Shown here: positions 28,975-40,141 of the stretch, in pieces
Layout of the letters: the number at the start of each line of letters is the position of its first letter
Position numbering within the stretch: position 1 is the first letter of the stretch
From: a virus
Taxonomy: Duplodnaviria > Caudoviricetes
DNA length: 64,000 nucleotides
Reading direction: 5' to 3' (one strand)
IMG/VR virus record: IMGVR_UViG_3300026522_000021
Program-made: the position numbers and the translations under genes
The notes under the pieces: generated by a model
Database searches by the model: none
The model's input: only the letters and a program-made list of their open reading frames with translations
What the model was told of the DNA's origin: nothing

Positions 28975-29898
28975 TTATTTAATCAAGCTGTCAACCAATC
29001 CCATGATATCATTGATTGCTTCGATATGGACAGATGCTTCAGTCGCGTTTGCGTTTCTCTGTCCTTCAGAATAAGCCATTGCGATTATGTCTCGCAGATC
29101 GGAAACCTCGATGCTGATAACTGGCTTGTCAGAAACTTCTTTATATTCTTTATCACCTGTCACATAGTCATCAAAGAAACCGCCCATATCATCATAATAC
29201 TGATTGACTTTTTCTTTGGTTAATCCGATATAATGTTTAGTAGTTTTTGTATCGGAGTGATTGTAGATCGTCTGCAACAATTCCATGCTGTCATAATCAT
29301 TCGGATGGATCATTCTGGAGATCATACCGAAAGTTTTTCTTGTGCTATGCGTCCCAACATTATAGGTAATTCCGATAACATCTGCTGCTTTCTTCAGCGC
29401 CTTGCGATAACCATCGCTGGTGATGACTGTTCCTCTATGCGTCCCTGTCAGCTGCATGAACACGTATTCGTGATAGCCATTCTTCTCAGGTTTTACACCA
29501 GTCTTTTCAATGTACTTTTCAATAGCTTTTTTACAAGCGCTATTGATACGAGGATTCGCAAGCTTGTCTGTTTTATCCTCTACAATCTCAAGGATCTCAT
29601 CTCTGATTTTCCCTGTCTGCGGATTGTAAAGATGCTCCCATGTAAGATTGAGTGTATCGCCAACGCGCCTCGCCATGTTGCATCCTAAGATGAAGAGCAG
29701 ATAGTGAAGCCACATCTCATTCTCTTCAAAGTATTCGATCATCTTCTTCATATCTTCCAACTGGAACGGATATACTTCAGACTTGCGACCTTTCTTTTTA
29801 TTATTGGCTTTTTTCTCCTGACGAGGGAATTCAATGATGCTCGAATACCCTGTTCTTTCTTCCGTATCATTCCAGATATTCAATGCTCTGACTGCCAT
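28975..29898 (-). CDS. Tyrosine recombinase (YopP-like)
   Basis: ARRVGDTLNL, HSTRKTFG, NHS..TKHYIG. Confidence 0.9.
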   Translation of the reverse strand: MAVRALNIWNDTEERTGYSSIIEFPRQEKKANNKKKGRKSEVYPFQLEDMKKMIEYFEENEMWLHYLLFILGCNMARRVGDTLNLTWEHLYNPQTGKIRDEILEIVEDKTDKLANPRINSACKKAIEKYIEKTGVKPEKNGYHEYVFMQLTGTHRGTVITSDGYRKALKKAADVIGITYNVGTHSTRKTFGMISRMIHPNDYDSMELLQTIYNHSDTKTTKHYIGLTKEKVNQYYDDMGGFFDDYVTGDKEYKEVSDKPVISIEVSDLRDIIAMAYSEGQRNANATEASVHIEAINDIMGLVDSLIK

Positions 29899-30001
29899 CT
29901 CTATACCTCCTTATTAATTTGCTTTGCTTTGTGTAACTATAAGATAGCACATCATTTACTATCTGTCAATACCTATTTCAAAAATTTTCTTGTATTATTT
30001 C

Positions 30002-30290
30002 TTGACAAGTTTGAATTCAATCTGCTACGTTTATCGGCTTCCGCTCGGTTGGGCATAGTTTTCCCCCTAAACAGGGGGATAATGTTCTACTACGTTCATT
30101 CGGACGCTTCGGAGTACATTAGTTACCGCTTGTAAGCCAAATATCTGCCCTTGGCTGATGACGGTATCCCACATCAGATAACCTCCACTTAATTATTTAG
30201 TCTCGCCAGCCACGAGATTAATCGCCTTTTTGTGTGTCAGTCGCGATCAGGACTACGGATTATTTCAACAGAGTACCGTGTACTGCCTAT
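30002..30290 (+). ncRNA. Putative structured ncRNA divergent from the recombinase gene
   Basis: TTGACA-18-TACGTT (extended TG); GC-elevated; hairpins CCCCCT/AGGGGG, CTGATG/CATCAG, TTAGTCTCG/CGAGATTAA. Confidence 0.4.
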
Positions 30291-30999
30291 ATTAAATTGT
30301 AGTTTTTAAATACTAAGATTTTCTGTATACGCATGAGCAGAAAATCCATGTTTTGAAAAACGAATTTTACATAGCAAATAAATCTATTTTTGAAAAACAA
30401 CAAATTAAGAAAGAATAGTTTTCAAAAATTGATATTATTTGTCGCACGACAAAGAGCCTTGAACTTATGTCCAAGGCTTTCTGTGTTCTTTTATGGTTTC
30501 TTTTTCAAGCTCGTTATCACATTTATCGCACAAATCATAATGAAAAATCTTCATCCAAGGTTTAATCACAAGACTTGCTCCGCATCTGGCGCATGTCTGA
30601 TGTCCATAGACTTCTTCATATATCATCATGTGGTCTGCGCGTTCTCTTCTATTTCCTGTTGGAATAGATTTATGTTCTCTATCTATTCCTGAATAATCTG
30701 GATCATCAAGATATAAACTGATATCTTTCTTCCAAGGTTTTCTTCTATGGAAACTGCGAGGAATGCTGCGACCAAATAGATCAATCAATCTTGCATTGTT
30801 TGTTCTGCTTCTAAATACGCGATCAATAGTGAGATCAACATTGTCTTTCAAGTTTATTCCTTCTTCCCTAAATGGTCACAATACTCAGCATCATTGCAAT
30901 CCTTACAGTTTCCATCGCATCCGTATTCAACTTCGAGATAGACATTGCATTTTGTACAATTTCCAGAGTTGCATTTTTCCTCAGTATAAGGACAGATAT

Positions 31000-31563
31000 T
31001 CATTTATTACTTCTCCCTTCACCAAGATAATAGAAACGATCTATAACAACATTGTCCTTCTGGCTTTGGAAAGTCCCGAAAAGAATAGGGTCTTTTGCTC
31101 TTCTTTCTTTTTCTACTTGACGTTCTACATCACCTGTATAATCAGTGAACACAACGTATAACTTATCGAATTTGTCTTTGACCTTTGCGATCACTTCAAC
31201 AATTTCATCAGGGATTTCACGTTCATAGTTTTCAAGTTCGATAATCTTTACGACATCAGAAGCCACATTGTCTATGTAGTATTCAATATCATCGCGATAG
31301 ACGAATGTATCAATGCCCATCCTGACTATTTCACGTTCTTTTTCAATACATTCAAGATGGAATATTAGTTTCGCCGCGCCTTTGTATTGGTTTGTAATCT
31401 TGTATTTATTTAAAAGTTCCAAACAGTTATCATAAACGGCTTTCAGTTGTTCATCTGTCGCTTTAGATTTTCGCTCTTTCACAACAGCAAAATATTCTTG
31501 AGGCGTTAATTGTGCTTCTTCTGGCGTGTTCAAATTATCAAACGTCACATTCTCATCCATCAT
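31000..31563 (-). CDS. Hypothetical phage protein
   Basis: YEREIPDE...YVVFTDY...DPILFG. Confidence 0.65.
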   Translation of the reverse strand: MMDENVTFDNLNTPEEAQLTPQEYFAVVKERKSKATDEQLKAVYDNCLELLNKYKITNQYKGAAKLIFHLECIEKEREIVRMGIDTFVYRDDIEYYIDNVASDVVKIIELENYEREIPDEIVEVIAKVKDKFDKLYVVFTDYTGDVERQVEKERRAKDPILFGTFQSQKDNVVIDRFYYLGEGRSNK

Positions 31564-31932
31564 TATTTCCTTTCTTTATCAACATCCATAATTCAACGGT
31601 ATCAAATGATCCATTGTCATAGCTAACTACTCCATAAGTCTTTCCTTTATCACGTACAAAACCATGAAGTGTTGCGTGCTTTAATTTCTTACATCTTTTA
31701 CAATCCTTTCTTACTTTGTGTAAAACCTGACTATCAATGCATCCACAGCATTCATCGTATCCGGGCTTTACGAGGGTTTCCAGTTGTACCATTCACTGCT
31801 CCTCTTGCGCACAAAATAGTTTTCCAATATTTGAAATATCTGTTGTGCAATTAATTACATTTTTGAAAAACTAATAGTTACTGTATTTAGTTATTTTGTA
31901 TTATTTATTAGCAATAGCAGAGGATTTCTCTG

Positions 31933-32565
31933 CTATTCCGTCATTAAATCAAATACATCTACATTAGCCGCTACCGCCAATTTGCACAGGGCAAGCAACG
32001 GAATGCGGACGTTCAACCTACTACGATTGAACCACGAATAATATGAATGCTGTGTGCAATCACAAATTTCCATAACTTGTACTTGTCTTTTATTCGAATG
32101 GTGCAATAGCAGTTCTTCTGTTTTTCCGAAGTATTTTTCCAGATTATCCACCACGATATTTTTATCAGTGTCATACTGCATATCGAATGCACGGATATAG
32201 ATCTCTGCGCTATTGGTTGGATAATGCTCATTGCAATAATCGTTCGCCATCAAGAAATCCTGAACGGTCACTTCGCAATTTTCTTTAGTATTGAAAAACG
32301 CAAAAATATTGTAGTGTAGATAGTTGGCGACCATGCAAAGATCAATCAAAGGTATCTTCTTGTCTGGTCGATTAAACCAAGACATGACCGTATGTTTTGA
32401 ACGATTTGTTATTTCAGGCAGCGCCTTGTATCTATCTACTTCTAACCCTTTGGATTTTCCAAGAGAGACAGCTATATTCAAGTTAGCGAGGATCTCTTCG
32501 CGTGATCTGCTATCGTATTCATTTTGCATTGTTAAAATTAGTTCTGCATTATTCATGCGATTCAC
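31933..32565 (-). CDS. Tandem-repeat HTH-like protein
   Basis: Two copies of H(T/S)xxSWFNR...(K/R)IPL..LC..A. Confidence 0.6.
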   Translation of the reverse strand: MNRMNNAELILTMQNEYDSRSREEILANLNIAVSLGKSKGLEVDRYKALPEITNRSKHTVMSWFNRPDKKIPLIDLCMVANYLHYNIFAFFNTKENCEVTVQDFLMANDYCNEHYPTNSAEIYIRAFDMQYDTDKNIVVDNLEKYFGKTEELLLHHSNKRQVQVMEICDCTQHSYYSWFNRSRLNVRIPLLALCKLAVAANVDVFDLMTE

Positions 32566-32643
32566 CTACCTTTGGTCAAGGAAAATGTACTTATTTTACT
32601 ATAGCACATTTTCCACGACCTTGCAACAATTATTTTGCTTTAC

Positions 32644-33798
32644 TTATGCCACCTGCCTTTTGACAAATTCCACATTATCTTCGTTGATATTGACTGGCAA
32701 AATCAGGAATTCATATGTTTCATCCATAATCATAATTGGTTTCTTGAAACTATATGCGCCTTTTATTTCAGCTTCTTCAGAGAATGCACCGCAAGCATCC
32801 ATGATGAAACGAGGATTTACACCTACATACCATTCATGCCCCATACCGTATTCAGCTTCTACATTTTCCAGAACATCAGATGTACGATAGTTCGCAACCT
32901 GTACGCCTGTCGCAACGCTACCATTATTATTATAAAAGATCATCGGAGCTTTATTGTCCTTTGTGACAACTTTAGAATACTCTTTTGCAATATTCAAAAG
33001 TTCTTTTGTGTTGAACCTATATGTATATTCACTTCCAGAACGAACATCGCCAGTAAGTTTTTCATAATTGAAATATTCACCATCCAACAGGCGCGATGTC
33101 AGAACATAATCCTCACCTATGAATTCAACATATTTATCATTGGCATAAACTTCGATACTCTTATCATCATCCTTTGTTTTTCCAATCAGACTTTTAAGCG
33201 CACTATATACAGTGCCATCAAGGTTAAGTCCTCGTGCATTTGGCGCAAACATTCCACCAACAAGATTAGCCATGCCGATTCTGTGACCGTCCAGTGTAAC
33301 AATTCTCCGATTAGAAAGATCAAGATAGAAAGCTGTCATCATTTTGTTTGCTTCTTCCTCTGACCTTGCACAATTCAGAATGGAAAGATGTTTCAGGAAC
33401 TCGTTCTCTGACTGAATACAAACAATATTATTGTTTCCGATTGAAGGCTTCTCAATCCATATATCATCATAATCAGTATGACAAGGGATTTCATAGCTCT
33501 TCTTTGAACTTCTAATGTCAAGTTTTAAATCGGAGACAGTAATAATAATATCGTCATTGATTGCAAGAATTTTCTTTAAGTCAGAAAGCAAAACCCAAGC
33601 AACGCCATCCTCATATACGTTTGCATATACTTTTATCGTTGCGTAATTCGTTGAGTCAGTGGCAGAAAATTCCACATTGTTTCCGTGAGCTTCGATCTTT
33701 ACACATTCCATAACCTGAAGCGCCGTTCTTTTCGGTACGATACCGCCGATTCTGTCAACCAGAGTTTTGAAATCTTTTCCATAAATCTGAAATTTCAT
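32644..33798 (-). CDS. dnaN: DNA polymerase III beta (sliding clamp)-like protein
   Basis: 384 aa; SATD, VTLDGHRI, SRLLDGEYFNY, NPRFIMDA, FLILPV. Confidence 0.85.
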   Translation of the reverse strand: MKFQIYGKDFKTLVDRIGGIVPKRTALQVMECVKIEAHGNNVEFSATDSTNYATIKVYANVYEDGVAWVLLSDLKKILAINDDIIITVSDLKLDIRSSKKSYEIPCHTDYDDIWIEKPSIGNNNIVCIQSENEFLKHLSILNCARSEEEANKMMTAFYLDLSNRRIVTLDGHRIGMANLVGGMFAPNARGLNLDGTVYSALKSLIGKTKDDDKSIEVYANDKYVEFIGEDYVLTSRLLDGEYFNYEKLTGDVRSGSEYTYRFNTKELLNIAKEYSKVVTKDNKAPMIFYNNNGSVATGVQVANYRTSDVLENVEAEYGMGHEWYVGVNPRFIMDACGAFSEEAEIKGAYSFKKPIMIMDETYEFLILPVNINEDNVEFVKRQVA

Positions 33799-34724
33799 TT
33801 TTGTTCCTCCTAATTATCTTGCTTTGCTTATATGATAGTAACAATCAGAACGTCATCAATTGATCCAAAACCGCGAACCCATCTATTGCAGATATCTTTA
33901 CATATAACGCTCTGAAGCTGGCTATTCACACCATCGAAAAGAATAATATCTTTCTCGTCCTTCACCTGTATCTTCTGTACATACCACATGAAATTTGAAA
34001 GCTGTCCTAATGTAATGTAGTTCATTTATATACCTCCTTCTCAATGGATATGTTAGCACATTGTTTACTATCTGTCAATAATGATTTTGCATTATCTATA
34101 CTAAATTTGAATGTTTATTATCATAGACATAAAGCGTATTAACGTCCACAATAATTAACATTATTTCAAAACCATGATTTAATGAGCCTGTACTGCCCTT
34201 CGATTTTTCCATCGCTATTTACTTTACCAGTGATACAGCTAACTACTTCATCGCGATTTGATTTTTCGAAAATGGATTTTCCTGCTGCAATCGCATCGTC
34301 CAGATTTGTATGTCTACTGATAACCTTTCGATCATTCCCTTTGGTGACTGTAATAATATAGTCCATAGCATATCCTCCTTAAATAATATTTCTAAGTCGA
34401 TCCTGACATTCAAGATAGTACCTGTCTATGTATATCATTCTTTTCGTGAACAGGCAATACACTCCGATGCCTAAAACAAAAACTCCAAGCGTGTTTAATA
34501 AACCCCATTCATTCGCGCATCCAACGGCGACAGCAATTAATCCAATGACAGCAAGGATATAGCCCATCAATCTCTGGCGCTTATAATACGCAGCCATCCG
34601 CTTATTCGCCTTGATATAATTCATGCGCTTCTGATGCTTTACATCATTGCTTAATTTTTCCCAATCATTATAAGTCATTACCTGAATTTCCCTTCGTGAC
34701 ATTTTATTTCTCCCCTATTAAATG

Positions 34725-35132
34725 TCAAACGTTGTTATACTCTTTAACATCGTTGTTTGCTTCTTCTTCGGTTTCGTACCAAGATATAACAGTGTCGCTG
34801 ATCGTGCCGTGATTTTCCACATCGTCTGGCTTTACCGATGCCATCACATCTTTATATCTTCTGGCTGTAGTCTTGTTTGTTCTGTTATTCACCCTGAAGA
34901 TCACGCCATAAAATTTCCGCAGACTTGCATCAACAAGATCGTATCTATCTATTTCTTCTTTGGATAATGGATGGGAATACTCAACGTATCCCCAAGCATA
35001 ATCCTGAATATCATCGCAGAACTGGCGATCATCAAAGTTGTGATGATTGATGTAGTTATCATTCTTTGGATATGTACCTAATGAAACAGGTCTTAATTTG
35101 CTATAATATCTATTCATGGTTTCCTCCTTCAA
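34725..35132 (-). CDS. DarA-related / polyvalent-protein-associated small domain
   Basis: YYSKLRPVSLGTYPK...AWGYVEYSHPLS..I..YDL. Confidence 0.6.
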   Translation of the reverse strand: MKEETMNRYYSKLRPVSLGTYPKNDNYINHHNFDDRQFCDDIQDYAWGYVEYSHPLSKEEIDRYDLVDASLRKFYGVIFRVNNRTNKTTARRYKDVMASVKPDDVENHGTISDTVISWYETEEEANNDVKEYNNV

Positions 35133-35184
35133 CCATAATATAGCATATTGTTTACTAACTTACAAGTGTTTTCTTGTATTATTT

Positions 35185-35613
35185 TTATTCTTTGATGAAG
35201 TAACCATAGACGCATCTTGTACCATCGCGAGAACAATCATATGTATCATTCAGAACGCCATCAATTACAGCTGTCTCGTGCTTCGATAAGCTGCAAACAA
35301 TTCTTCCCTTCGGCAGTTCGTCCTCGCGCAAATGAACCTTGCATCCTGATCCGATTGTCATTGTGGGAATCCACTTCCATCCAAGATGTTTCATGACCTT
35401 CATGATCGTTCCCTTATATACGCCTGTCCGCGCATTGCTCTTTCCTGTTTTGCGCTTGCCTGTTCTTTCAGACTTTGCAAACTCGTTAATCAGATCATAG
35501 ATCTCGCGGCATGGTCTTTCCGTAGCAATCGCAATCGCTCGGCATACGCAATCGCCTGTTGTGCCTTTAAATCCTGCCTCTGCTCTTCCACCATCATTGT
35601 ACTGAAACTGCAT
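35185..35613 (-). CDS. Conserved phage hypothetical protein
   Basis: YNDGGR..GDCVCRAIAIA..H..AVIDG..DTYDC. Confidence 0.7.
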   Translation of the reverse strand: MQFQYNDGGRAEAGFKGTTGDCVCRAIAIATERPCREIYDLINEFAKSERTGKRKTGKSNARTGVYKGTIMKVMKHLGWKWIPTMTIGSGCKVHLREDELPKGRIVCSLSKHETAVIDGVLNDTYDCSRDGTRCVYGYFIKE

Positions 35614-36230
35614 TTGATTTCTCCTTTCGTTTCATGTTCCTGTGTACTTGCTTTACTATAATATAGCACATGCTTTACATGCTGTCAATACTTTTCTTGC
35701 ATTATTTATAGAAAAAAATTTTATTGGAGCGAGTTAAGGTACTATTTCTGCCTATTTATGTTTTTGAAAATTCAATAAAACTGGTATTTTATTAGCAAAT
35801 TTTCCTGATTTTCAAAAACTATTTCTATCTGTGCCAGCGCATACAGGTTTTCCGAATTTTGGAAAACTAATTTTGTTTGTAACTTAAAATAAGTTACAAT
35901 TCAAAAAGGAGTGCTGATGCACTCCTCAGATGTTGTATATATTTTCTTTTCTTTCTTCCAGCTCCTTTACGATTTCATTATATATCCTGTCGTTTTCTTC
36001 TCTTGTGTCTGGAATATAATAATCCCATAGTCCATCTTTTATTTTCAGGATAGATAAATACCACCATCCATCTGGTAATTCGATCTCCATGATAATAGAT
36101 TGTCGTTTTTCAAAATTGCATTTTTCTGTGTCGTTCATGCAGATTTTTCTAATTTTCAAAAACTAAATGTGTTTGCGCCAAAAAGAAAAAGGCGATCATT
36201 CGACCGCCTCTCTCGACCAATTTGCTGGAC

Positions 36231-36389
36231 TCAGCAAAATGGTAATTCTTCTTCATCATAGTTTGGTTCGCGTTCTTCGTCTGGTTCTTCATCGTCTGCA
36301 TCTTCCCATCCGATTTCCCAATATCGGCTCGGAAGTTTCCGCTTTTCACCAAATCCAAATAATGCCCTTACCCTATCTTCATCTGTCAT
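36231..36389 (-). CDS. Unlisted 52-aa acidic protein ending ...DEEELPFC
   Basis: ATGA overlap with the upstream stop; MTDEDRVRALFGFGEKRKLPSRYWEIGWEDADDEEPDEEREPNYDEEELPFC. Confidence 0.65.
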   Translation of the reverse strand: MTDEDRVRALFGFGEKRKLPSRYWEIGWEDADDEEPDEEREPNYDEEELPFC

Positions 36390-37384
36390 GCGCTCTTCAC
36401 CACCTTTTCAATCTCAGCATATGCGCATTTCCCTTGCATCGGGCTACCATCTGCATACTTCATATGTGCATCTGTAAATTCAAACGTCACATTTTTAGCG
36501 CCAAATCTGACGATACGCACCACGCTATGACGATACCTGTTAATCTGTACAAGATCTCCCTTGTTCAGATTTTCCTTGCTGAAAGAAATACCACCCTGAT
36601 TTTCGATGCACTCATGATAGTATACGGATTTTCCGATTTCGCTTTCCATGATTTCATACCAACGATCAAGCTCGGCATCAATTCTTTCCGCTGTTAATTT
36701 TTTAAGCTCACATCCGTATTTGTCTTTCGGGATTTCGCCATTCTCGATTGCCTTCTTATATCCCTCATATGTTGCAATGCTTCTCTTCAGTCCGCGAATG
36801 CTTGCTTCTGCCTCGTCAATTCTGCGCTGACAGAATGCTTTATCCTTCTGATCTTTTCCGCTTGCTGTCTGTCTTGCCTTGGCTGCGCATTCTGCATAGT
36901 ATTCGCTTTTGCTGAACTCTGCAAATCCACGCTCCCATGCATCAAACATTTTATTTCTTCTATTAGTAAAGGCACGACCGCTTGATGTGCTGATGTTCGG
37001 CTGCGTAAAGAATGCAATATCGCCATGCATATCATTGATAGGCTTCTGAAGTGCAACGCCTTTTTCGTGTGCCTTATCTGCCTTGTATTCCATGCGCTCC
37101 GCTCTGCGTTCTGCTTTTTCCATCTTGCGATCCATCTGCTGTTCAAATGTAAGCGCTTCGCCTTCGCGTCCTGCATCCTCAAGTCCTAATTCTTTAGCGA
37201 CACATTCAGGTCTGTAAAGGTTCGGGAACTTGCAACGGCTGATCCATGCGCCAGTGCCGCGACTGAATAAGAAATTGCTCCTGATCTTTGCTTTCTGATC
37301 GTCTGTCAACGCCATATAATCTGCCTTGTCAAAATGAAGCTCAAGTTTTCCTGTCTCCATGTTCCTAATATAATAGTTTGACAT
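36386..37384 (-). CDS. DUF3560 domain protein
   Basis: KAERRAER...FFTQP...RAF..RR..KSEYY..A. Confidence 0.7.
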   Translation of the reverse strand: MSNYYIRNMETGKLELHFDKADYMALTDDQKAKIRSNFLFSRGTGAWISRCKFPNLYRPECVAKELGLEDAGREGEALTFEQQMDRKMEKAERRAERMEYKADKAHEKGVALQKPINDMHGDIAFFTQPNISTSSGRAFTNRRNKMFDAWERGFAEFSKSEYYAECAAKARQTASGKDQKDKAFCQRRIDEAEASIRGLKRSIATYEGYKKAIENGEIPKDKYGCELKKLTAERIDAELDRWYEIMESEIGKSVYYHECIENQGGISFSKENLNKGDLVQINRYRHSVVRIVRFGAKNVTFEFTDAHMKYADGSPMQGKCAYAEIEKVVKSA

Positions 37385-37983
37385 TGTGTGTACCTCCTTG
37401 GTTTGATTTGCTTTGTGTATTTGCTTTACTATATATTAGCACAAGTTAATAGATAGTGCAAGCGTTTTCTCTAATTATTTTTAGATTTTTATAATTCAAT
37501 TTTTCTGCGCGGATGATACGGCAAATGTTAATTTTTGAAAATTGATTATTTTGTTTGCAACAAACAAATATTTCCAGTTTTCAAAAACTATTATGCGATA
37601 CAAAAGAAAAACGCCAGATTGCTCTGGCGCTTATCTTATTCAGCTTCTATCCTTTGGATCTCTATTAACGGAATTATATAAACATCATCTGCGATCACTT
37701 CTTTTTCCGTAAAGTAAAGACTGTTACAATGTAATATGCTCCCATCATAGTTTATAATTTTCAATGTTCTTGTCTCCTTCCAAAATAATTTGTGTTTTCG
37801 CATCAAGAATGATTGTTGAATGTGGGCTAACTGAATGTGTCCATAATTCTACTTCTTCATGCCATTTCCCACTGACAGCAGAATATATCCTTCCATATTT
37901 TACAATGCCGACATTATCAATCTTCGACATCCTAACACCATCATCCGTTTCCTTTCTGATTATTGCGTTCATTTATTCACCCC

Positions 37984-38670
37984 TTAAATCGCGACAGATA
38001 ATTTTCCATGTGGATTGAACTTGCGCCCTTCCTGATAACCGTCATCTCTAACATCGCTGTAAACTGTATGTCTGCTCTGGTATCTATCCGTCACAAAGTT
38101 AGAACATGCCTCATTGACTTCTTTCGGAACGATCATGACAAGACCCCATCCGCTCTCGTCCTGTTCTTTCTTGATCTTCTGCTCATCAAATGCGACCTTA
38201 ACACCTCTCGCAAATCCGATAGCATAGGAATTTTTGATCCTATTCTTTTCCGCTGAAGTGTAACGCTGCCATCCGTCAAGATTTTTCAGATATGATTTTC
38301 CGCAGCTTCTCGCCGTATCAACTGCATACTCAAAAATCTTTGCGCAGATATCAACGTCACCTTCCAGACCTACAAAAATAATAGTTCTTTTCTGTCCTCT
38401 GAAATTCTTATTTCCAGCTGACCGACAGCAATAATTTTCCGCTATGATATTGGCAAGACTGCCGATCCACCATTCGCCGCGCTTGGTGTATTCGTATTCC
38501 GTAATGATGCGCTTGACGTTCTTATTCTTTGCTTCAATCAAATCGACCTCGGCGATCTTGTGTTCTGCCATCAATTCTTTAGCTTTCAGGAGCGCCGCCT
38601 TTGCTTCATGTTCGTTGTTGCTTTCTGCCAGTACAAGAAGTTTCTTGATCTTTTCCTTATAGTCTTTCAT
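37984..38670 (-). CDS. DUF2786 domain protein
   Basis: KIKKLLVLAES.NEHEAKAALLKAKELMAEH; start after AAAGGAG. Confidence 0.8.
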   Translation of the reverse strand: MKDYKEKIKKLLVLAESNNEHEAKAALLKAKELMAEHKIAEVDLIEAKNKNVKRIITEYEYTKRGEWWIGSLANIIAENYCCRSAGNKNFRGQKRTIIFVGLEGDVDICAKIFEYAVDTARSCGKSYLKNLDGWQRYTSAEKNRIKNSYAIGFARGVKVAFDEQKIKKEQDESGWGLVMIVPKEVNEACSNFVTDRYQSRHTVYSDVRDDGYQEGRKFNPHGKLSVAI

Positions 38671-38972
38671 TGTGGATCTCCTTTCGATGCGTTTGTGTAT
38701 GTGATTTATCATCTGTAAACACTATACCACACAAAAATAGATATTGCAAGCGTTATTTTGAATTATTTTTAATTTTTTATAATCGGCTTTTTCTGCACGA
38801 TGCGCCGCAAAATTTCCACGTTTTGAAAAACATCAACTTACTGATTTGATTTTTGAAAATCAAACTTATTTGCAACAAATAAAAGAAGGGCATCACTGCC
38901 CCTCTATGATCCCCATGTCATTACATAACATGAAGATATAACTATATCTGTTTTCTTTGTTCATCACGTTAA

Positions 38973-39374
38973 TCATTGCCCATCAACCTCCGCCGCTTTA
39001 TTCAATATCTGAAGTGCAATCGTTGAAATATTCCCAAAACCTTCTTGCTCAACTGTTCTATTTAATAATTGAAGTGCAAGAGCCTGAATATCTTGTATTA
39101 TTTCCTGATTATTATTTCTTGTCATATTATGCACTTCTTTATGTACTTCTATATGATCTTGATTTTTTTCACTACCTTTTTCAACAAACTTTAATTCATA
39201 TCCGAATACATCTGCTATTTGCATAACCTCATTAAATCTAATTGAATTTCTACTTAACTTATTGTTTAGATTTTGAACTGAAGAATCTGTTATTCTGCAA
39301 AATTCAACCATTGTATGTTTAGAGTCTTTCATGAATTTTCTTATAATCGGTCTTGCAATATATCCGTTATTCAT
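38973..39374 (-). CDS. XRE-like HTH protein
   Basis: SVQNLNNKLSRNSIRFNEVMQIADVFGY. Confidence 0.7.
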   Translation of the reverse strand: MNNGYIARPIIRKFMKDSKHTMVEFCRITDSSVQNLNNKLSRNSIRFNEVMQIADVFGYELKFVEKGSEKNQDHIEVHKEVHNMTRNNNQEIIQDIQALALQLLNRTVEQEGFGNISTIALQILNKAAEVDGQ

Positions 39375-40055
39375 TCTGTAACACCTCCGCTATTATTTTT
39401 TAGAAAGAGCAACCACTGTTGTACTATACTTCATCCCCCTATGGCTGCGCGATTGATGTATCAGAGGGAACAACATTTTCGCGAAACTATGAATAAAACA
39501 ACTCTTCATATTAAATCATCCGAACGTGCGACCGTTAATAGTTATCTTCATCGGAATAATCATTGCTGTAACTTCTGTGAAAAGCTCTCGGAGCTGATCG
39601 CAATGGATTTCTTTGAATGATTTAACCTCCGTATCTTTCGCGTCCTTCCATCCGTTTCCAGTTTTGACATAGCGGTTCATATTAAATGTGGCATTTGTGT
39701 GCCGATAGAAACGCATGTTATAAGTATCGCTGTCGTGATTATAACGGATCTCGCACCTGTTCGCCTTGCTACCATTTCTCGGAATATTCATTACCAGAAA
39801 ATCCTGATCCCCTGATGAATGAAAATTGCTGCATCCTGTGCAAGCGATAAACTTTCTTCCTCCAAGCTGAACTAAAATTTCCTCTGCGATTGTCATTGTG
39901 GCTTCCTCCTTCGCTTTGTGTATGTTGTTTACTTGCTGACTATAATATAACTCCTCTTCTGCATATTGTCAAGTATTATTTTGAAATATTTTTAAAAGGT
40001 TTCTTACACACATTTATATTGTTTTTGAAAACTGAATTTTTCTGTATGGGGAAAT

Positions 40056-40141
40056 GGCGGTCTTACGCCGCACGATAAAACTATGAATAGTGTTTAGATT
40101 ATCCGATCATTTCAAAGATGGAGAAGCACGGAACAACCCCA
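40056..40141 (-). repeat. Orphan copy of the DGR target 3' end (IMH-like) and hairpin
   Basis: 25-bp identity 40117-40141 = 22377-22401; 16-bp identity 40056-40071 = 22311-22326. Confidence 0.85.

Noticed and set aside
28975-30000. Prophage boundary or att site at the recombinase
   Set aside because: Phage-like genes continue on both sides and no att core duplication was seen.
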